DNA of 64,000 bases, from positions 1 to 64,000 of the forward strand of contig OZ219920.1 in the NCBI GenBank assembly GCA_964291415.2. The letters run 5' to 3'. This document shows, piece after piece, positions 59,955-64,000 of this stretch; the stretch's first letter is position 1, and each line of letters opens with the position of its first letter. The notes under the pieces were generated by a model. It was not told the origin of the DNA, made no database searches, and saw nothing but the letters and a program-made list of their open reading frames with translations. Position numbers and translations under genes: made by a program. The stretch comes from Alphaproteobacteria bacterium. Its GTDB lineage: Bacteria; Pseudomonadota; Alphaproteobacteria; SP197.

Positions 59955-62209
59955 GACGAGGCGCCGGGCATCACCTGGTTCGAGCCGCCGGCCTTCTCTT
60001 CGCGGGTGGTTCCCTGGCTGCGTGCGCCCTGCTGGCGCCGCTTCCCGAACCCCGCGGGCTGGCGGAGCGCCTGGCCGTCTTTCCGGACGACGGAGTGGAC
60101 CTCGACGGCCGGGTGACGATCCGCTGGAACGATCACCAGATTCCGTTCATCGAGGCGGCGAGCGACGATGATGCAGCCTTTGCGCTGGGCATGGTTCATG
60201 CTCATCTGCGCCTTGCCCAGATGAGCCTGGTGCGCATGGCGGCCCGTGGCCGCCTCGCCGAAGTGGCAGGTCCCCTTGCCAGCGACATCGACCACGGCCT
60301 GCGCATTCTCTCCTTCGGGCACGCTGCCCGGAACATCGAGGCGGCGATGGATGCCGGCGCGCGGCGCTGGACACAGCGATTTGTCGACGGAATCAACCAT
60401 TATCAGGCAACGCTCGACGATCTGCCCCAGGAGTTCAGGGTTCTCGGCATGGAGCGTGAACCGTGGACTGTCACCGATGTCCTCACCATCGGGCGGCTGG
60501 TGGGCACGGATGTGAACTGGCTGATATGGAGCGGGCTGCTGCCCTTGAGACAGCGGCCGGACTGGCCGCAGCTGTGGGCGCGTCTGGTGGAGAACGGGAG
60601 CGCGTCGCTGCCGAGTTTCGCGAGCGACGGCGTGAACGGAGTCCTGGCTGGCATCGGCCGGACGGGCTCCAACAGCATGGCGATCGGGCCGGACCGCACG
60701 ACCACCGGGGGTGCCATCATCGCCAACGACCCGCACCTCGGGATCCTCGTCCCCAACGTGTGGCTGGTCGCTGGCCTGAAGTCGCCTTCCTATCACGTGG
60801 TCGGTCTGATGGGTCCGGGATTGCCGGTCTTCGCCATTGGCCGCAATCCGTCAATCGCCTGGGGCGGCACCAACATGCGGGCCGCCTCCAGTGACCTCGT
60901 CGATGTCAGTAACCTCGATCCCGATGTCATGGAGTCGCGCGACGAGACGATTTCCGTGCGCTGGTGGTTCGATTCGACCATCACCATCAGGCAGACGCCG
61001 CTGGGTCCGGTGATCAGCGATGCGCCCTTCCTGACCGACCATGATCTTCCCGATCTCGCACTCCGGTGGACCGGTCATGACACGAGCGATGAAATCGGCG
61101 CCATGCTGGCGGTCAGCCGGGCCCGGGATTTCACCGGGTTCCGCGCCGCATTCGATACCTTTGCGGTACCCGGACAGAACATGATCTACGCCGACCGCGA
61201 CGGCAATATCGGCCAGGTCATGGCTGTCACCCTGCCGCAGAGGCCCGGAACCCCGGCTGATCTCGTCGCGGACGCCGCAGAGGCGAGGAGTGCCTGGGCC
61301 ACGATGCGGTCGTCCGGGGACTTTCCCTGGAGCTACAATCCCCGGCAGGCATACCTGGTGTCGGCCAACAACAAGCCGACCCGGACGGCCACGCCGGTCG
61401 GTTACTTCTTTTCTTCCGACGACAGGGTATCGCGTCTCGCCAGCCTCGCCGGCGGTGACCGGCTTGATGTCGACGCCGTGAAGGCAATCCAGCAGGACGT
61501 CTACATGCCGTCGTCGGCGACGCTGCGCGACGCCTTCATCGAAGGCCTCGACGCTGCGGGGCTGGCCTCGTCGGCCGGGCCCGAAGCGGCCGAAGCGATC
61601 GCCCGCATCCGGGACTGGGACGGTCACTATCGCGCCGGTTCCGTCGGCGCCGTCAGCTTCGAGCAGTTTCGCGCCGGCTTTGTCCAGGCGTTCTACGACC
61701 GGCTCCTTGGAGAGGAGCACGGCGCTGTCATGGCGCGCCGGGGAGTGCTGGTCCGCGACATGGAGCAGGCGTCCCGGGAGGTGCTTGATGCCGCCCTGGC
61801 GGCCGGTCTCGAGACGGCCGGAGAAGGACTCGATCGGTTCACCGACTGGTCAGACATGCATCGCCTTTCCCTCGCCCATCCTCTCTCCATGCTTCCCGTC
61901 ATCGGCGACCGCTACCGTTTCGGTGACCACGGCGTGGGCGGCAGTTCCGAAACCATCATGAAGACGGCTCACGATGCCAGCGCCACGCGCCACACGGTGC
62001 GTTACGGCGCCAATGCTCGCCATGTTTCCGACATGACGAACATGGATGAGAACTACTTCGTGCTGCTGGGTGGGCAGGACGGCTGGCTCAACAGTTCGAC
62101 CATGCTCGACCAGTGGCCTCTTTGGCAGTCGGGAGGGTATGTGCGGGTGCCACTCACTCCGGAAGGTGTGCGGGCGTCGTTCCCCCATGTGACGGTCATC
62201 GGTCGCTGA
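59951..62209 (+). CDS. Penicillin acylase family (S45 Ntn-hydrolase) lipoprotein
   Basis: Lipobox LAAC; IPFI.A, GMVHA..RL.QM, G-SNSMA nucleophile, ANDPHL and SANN motifs; ATGA overlap with mlrC. Confidence 0.88.
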   Translation: MRRGAGHHLVRAAGLLFAGGSLAACALLAPLPEPRGLAERLAVFPDDGVDLDGRVTIRWNDHQIPFIEAASDDDAAFALGMVHAHLRLAQMSLVRMAARGRLAEVAGPLASDIDHGLRILSFGHAARNIEAAMDAGARRWTQRFVDGINHYQATLDDLPQEFRVLGMEREPWTVTDVLTIGRLVGTDVNWLIWSGLLPLRQRPDWPQLWARLVENGSASLPSFASDGVNGVLAGIGRTGSNSMAIGPDRTTTGGAIIANDPHLGILVPNVWLVAGLKSPSYHVVGLMGPGLPVFAIGRNPSIAWGGTNMRAASSDLVDVSNLDPDVMESRDETISVRWWFDSTITIRQTPLGPVISDAPFLTDHDLPDLALRWTGHDTSDEIGAMLAVSRARDFTGFRAAFDTFAVPGQNMIYADRDGNIGQVMAVTLPQRPGTPADLVADAAEARSAWATMRSSGDFPWSYNPRQAYLVSANNKPTRTATPVGYFFSSDDRVSRLASLAGGDRLDVDAVKAIQQDVYMPSSATLRDAFIEGLDAAGLASSAGPEAAEAIARIRDWDGHYRAGSVGAVSFEQFRAGFVQAFYDRLLGEEHGAVMARRGVLVRDMEQASREVLDAALAAGLETAGEGLDRFTDWSDMHRLSLAHPLSMLPVIGDRYRFGDHGVGGSSETIMKTAHDASATRHTVRYGANARHVSDMTNMDENYFVLLGGQDGWLNSSTMLDQWPLWQSGGYVRVPLTPEGVRASFPHVTVIGR

Positions 62210-62218
62210 CGATGCGCC

Positions 62219-63757
62219 ATGGCGGACATGCTTGATGCGACGTGGATGCTGCGTGCCCATGCACGCCGGAGAGTGTTCCGTCTCGGGACCGGCGATGCGC
62301 AGCGCCTCCAGACCGGCGTTCTTCTCTCCCTCATCAGGAAGGCGGCAGCAACCCGCTTTGCGCGCGACCATGACCTCGCCGGGGTGCGCACCATCGATGA
62401 CTACCGCGCCCGCGTGCCTGTGCGCAGCTATGACGAGTTCTGGGACGACTACTGGAGCCGTGATTTCCCGCGTCTCGTGAACTGCACCTGGCCTGGCCTT
62501 GTTCCCTGGTTTGCCGAGACGTCAGGGACGACCCGGGGCACCACCCGCTTCATTCCCTTCACCCGGGAGATGAACCGCTCGAACCGCCGCGCGGCCGGGG
62601 ATCTCCTCGTCTGGCATGCGATCAACAGGCCGCGAAGCAGGATTCTTGCCGGCCGCGTCTTCATTCTCGGAGGATCGACCGGACTCGAGAAGCGTGCTCC
62701 CGGTGTGACGAGCGGCGATCTGAGCGGGATCACGGCCTCCGTGATGCCGCGTTGGGCCCGCTTGCGGAGCTTTCCACCCCGGCGCCTCGAAGCCATCAGC
62801 GACTGGAACGACAAGATCAACCGGTTCGCCAGGGCTTCGCTTGATCAGCCCATTCATGCCGTCTGCGGGGTGCCGAGCTGGCTGCTGATCTATTTCGATC
62901 ATCTCCTGGAGATCGCGGACGCCGCAGACGGGCGCATCGCCTCGGTCTATCCCGGGCTCGAACTGCTGGTCCATGGCGGCGTCTCCTGGGCGCCCTACCG
63001 CGAGCGGTTCGCCGCTCTCCTCGAGGGCAGCCATGCGGAAACCCGCGAGGTCTACGCCGCCAGCGAGGGTTTCTTCGCCATGGCCGACCGGGGCGCGGAT
63101 GCCGGCATGCGCCTGCAGCTCGACAACGCGATGTTCTTCGAATTCGCGCCGGTCGACGGCCAGCAGGTCAGAACGGAGGCGTGCCGCTGGATCGGGGATG
63201 TCGAGGAGGGTGTCAACTACGCTCTCGTGGTGAGCACGGCAGCTGGTCTGTGGCGCTATCTCGTCGGGGACACCGTTACCTTCACCACGCTCGATCCGCC
63301 ACGCATTCTCTTTACCGGACGCACCGCCCACATGTTGTCCGCCTTCGGCGAACACGTGATCGTCGCCGAACTCGAAGAGGCGGTTTCCGGCGCGGCGCGG
63401 GCCATCGGCGCCACGGTCAGCGACTTCGCCGTCGGCAGCATCTTTTCCTCGCGCCCCGGCGAACGGGGCGGCCACCTCTACGTCATCGAGTTTTCCTCAC
63501 CCGACATCGACGAGCGGCTCCTGGACTCGTTCGCTGTCTCGCTCGACCGCACCCTGCAATCCGTCAACGCGGACTATGAAGCTCACCGTGCCGGCGGCTG
63601 GGGCATGGATCCTCCACGCGTCGAGGTCATGCCGCCCGGGGGATTTGCCGCCTGGATGGCGGCCCAGGGCAAGCTTGGCGGCCAGCACAAGGTGCCGCGC
63701 GTGATTGCCGATCAGACCAGGCTCGACGCCTTGCGCGCCTTTGCCCGGAGAGCCTGA
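62219..63757 (+). CDS. GH3 family acyl-acid amido synthetase-like protein
   Basis: TSGTT, GDLSG, EVYAASEGFF, GLWRYLVGD, TGR and GGQHKVPRV motifs. Confidence 0.9.
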   Translation: MADMLDATWMLRAHARRRVFRLGTGDAQRLQTGVLLSLIRKAAATRFARDHDLAGVRTIDDYRARVPVRSYDEFWDDYWSRDFPRLVNCTWPGLVPWFAETSGTTRGTTRFIPFTREMNRSNRRAAGDLLVWHAINRPRSRILAGRVFILGGSTGLEKRAPGVTSGDLSGITASVMPRWARLRSFPPRRLEAISDWNDKINRFARASLDQPIHAVCGVPSWLLIYFDHLLEIADAADGRIASVYPGLELLVHGGVSWAPYRERFAALLEGSHAETREVYAASEGFFAMADRGADAGMRLQLDNAMFFEFAPVDGQQVRTEACRWIGDVEEGVNYALVVSTAAGLWRYLVGDTVTFTTLDPPRILFTGRTAHMLSAFGEHVIVAELEEAVSGAARAIGATVSDFAVGSIFSSRPGERGGHLYVIEFSSPDIDERLLDSFAVSLDRTLQSVNADYEAHRAGGWGMDPPRVEVMPPGGFAAWMAAQGKLGGQHKVPRVIADQTRLDALRAFARRA

Positions 63758-63863
63758 CCGCTCCGGTCGCCCCGTTGCAGTCAAGATTGCCTCGGCGTAC
63801 CGGCACCTGCGCCTGACGGGCCGATGCAGCGGCCGGTTGCGTCACCGATCCGAAGAATGGAGA

Positions 63864-64000
63864 TCAATCGACGATGTGGTAGACCGGCGCCTTTTCCATG
63901 GACCATGTGTCCGTCTCGGCGTCGTAGCGGGACAGCGTGAAACAGTGCCAGTTGTCGTCGTCGAGCATCATGTGGTCGCCCCGGTAGTAGTACCCGGGCC
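63864..64000 (-). CDS. aprA: Adenylylsulfate reductase alpha subunit, C-terminal fragment (runs off the window)
   Basis: Manual translation PGYYYRGDHMMLDDDNWHCFTLSRYDAETDTWSMEKAPVYHIVD* resembles AprA C-termini. Confidence 0.75.
   Translation of the reverse strand, partial: PGYYYRGDHMMLDDDNWHCFTLSRYDAETDTWSMEKAPVYHIVD

Noticed and set aside
1-64000. CRISPR arrays, tRNA and rRNA genes
   Set aside because: None of the intergenic regions shows regularly spaced repeats or cloverleaf/rRNA signatures

Overview
High-GC alphaproteobacterial (Rhodospirillales-like) chromosomal window; the gene content suggests a marine, possibly invertebrate-associated organism (inference). Core blocks are hslVU, NDUFA12-mlaD-DUF2155 / aat-accC-accB-aroQ, M48 peptidase, rne / amiC-mrcA-prfB, pyrD and the 3' end of aprA. 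Methylated-amine genes are scattered through it: a TmoXWV-like TMAO ABC transporter, tdm, a non-pyrrolysine MttB and a solo DUF1989. There are two small decayed accessory islands. The first (~8.2-11.5 kb) has an AbiE type IV toxin-antitoxin pair, a MITE-like element, PadR plus a degenerate Nudix gene, and an integrase remnant. The second (~22.4-26.3 kb, beside the 5' end of dusA) has an integrase remnant and a secreted ankyrin-SH3b-novel repeat-MORN protein. Other notable items are a 1.85-kb tandem duplication of an orphan ABC substrate-binding gene with one divergent patch, a glycine-riboswitch-like RNA between convergent genes, and an MlrC / penicillin-acylase lipoprotein / GH3 operon. Six single-base frameshifts, mostly in short G/C runs, look like sequencing errors; the prfB +1 frameshift is genuine. 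No rRNA, tRNA or CRISPR array was seen. All family calls come from motif recognition, not database searches.
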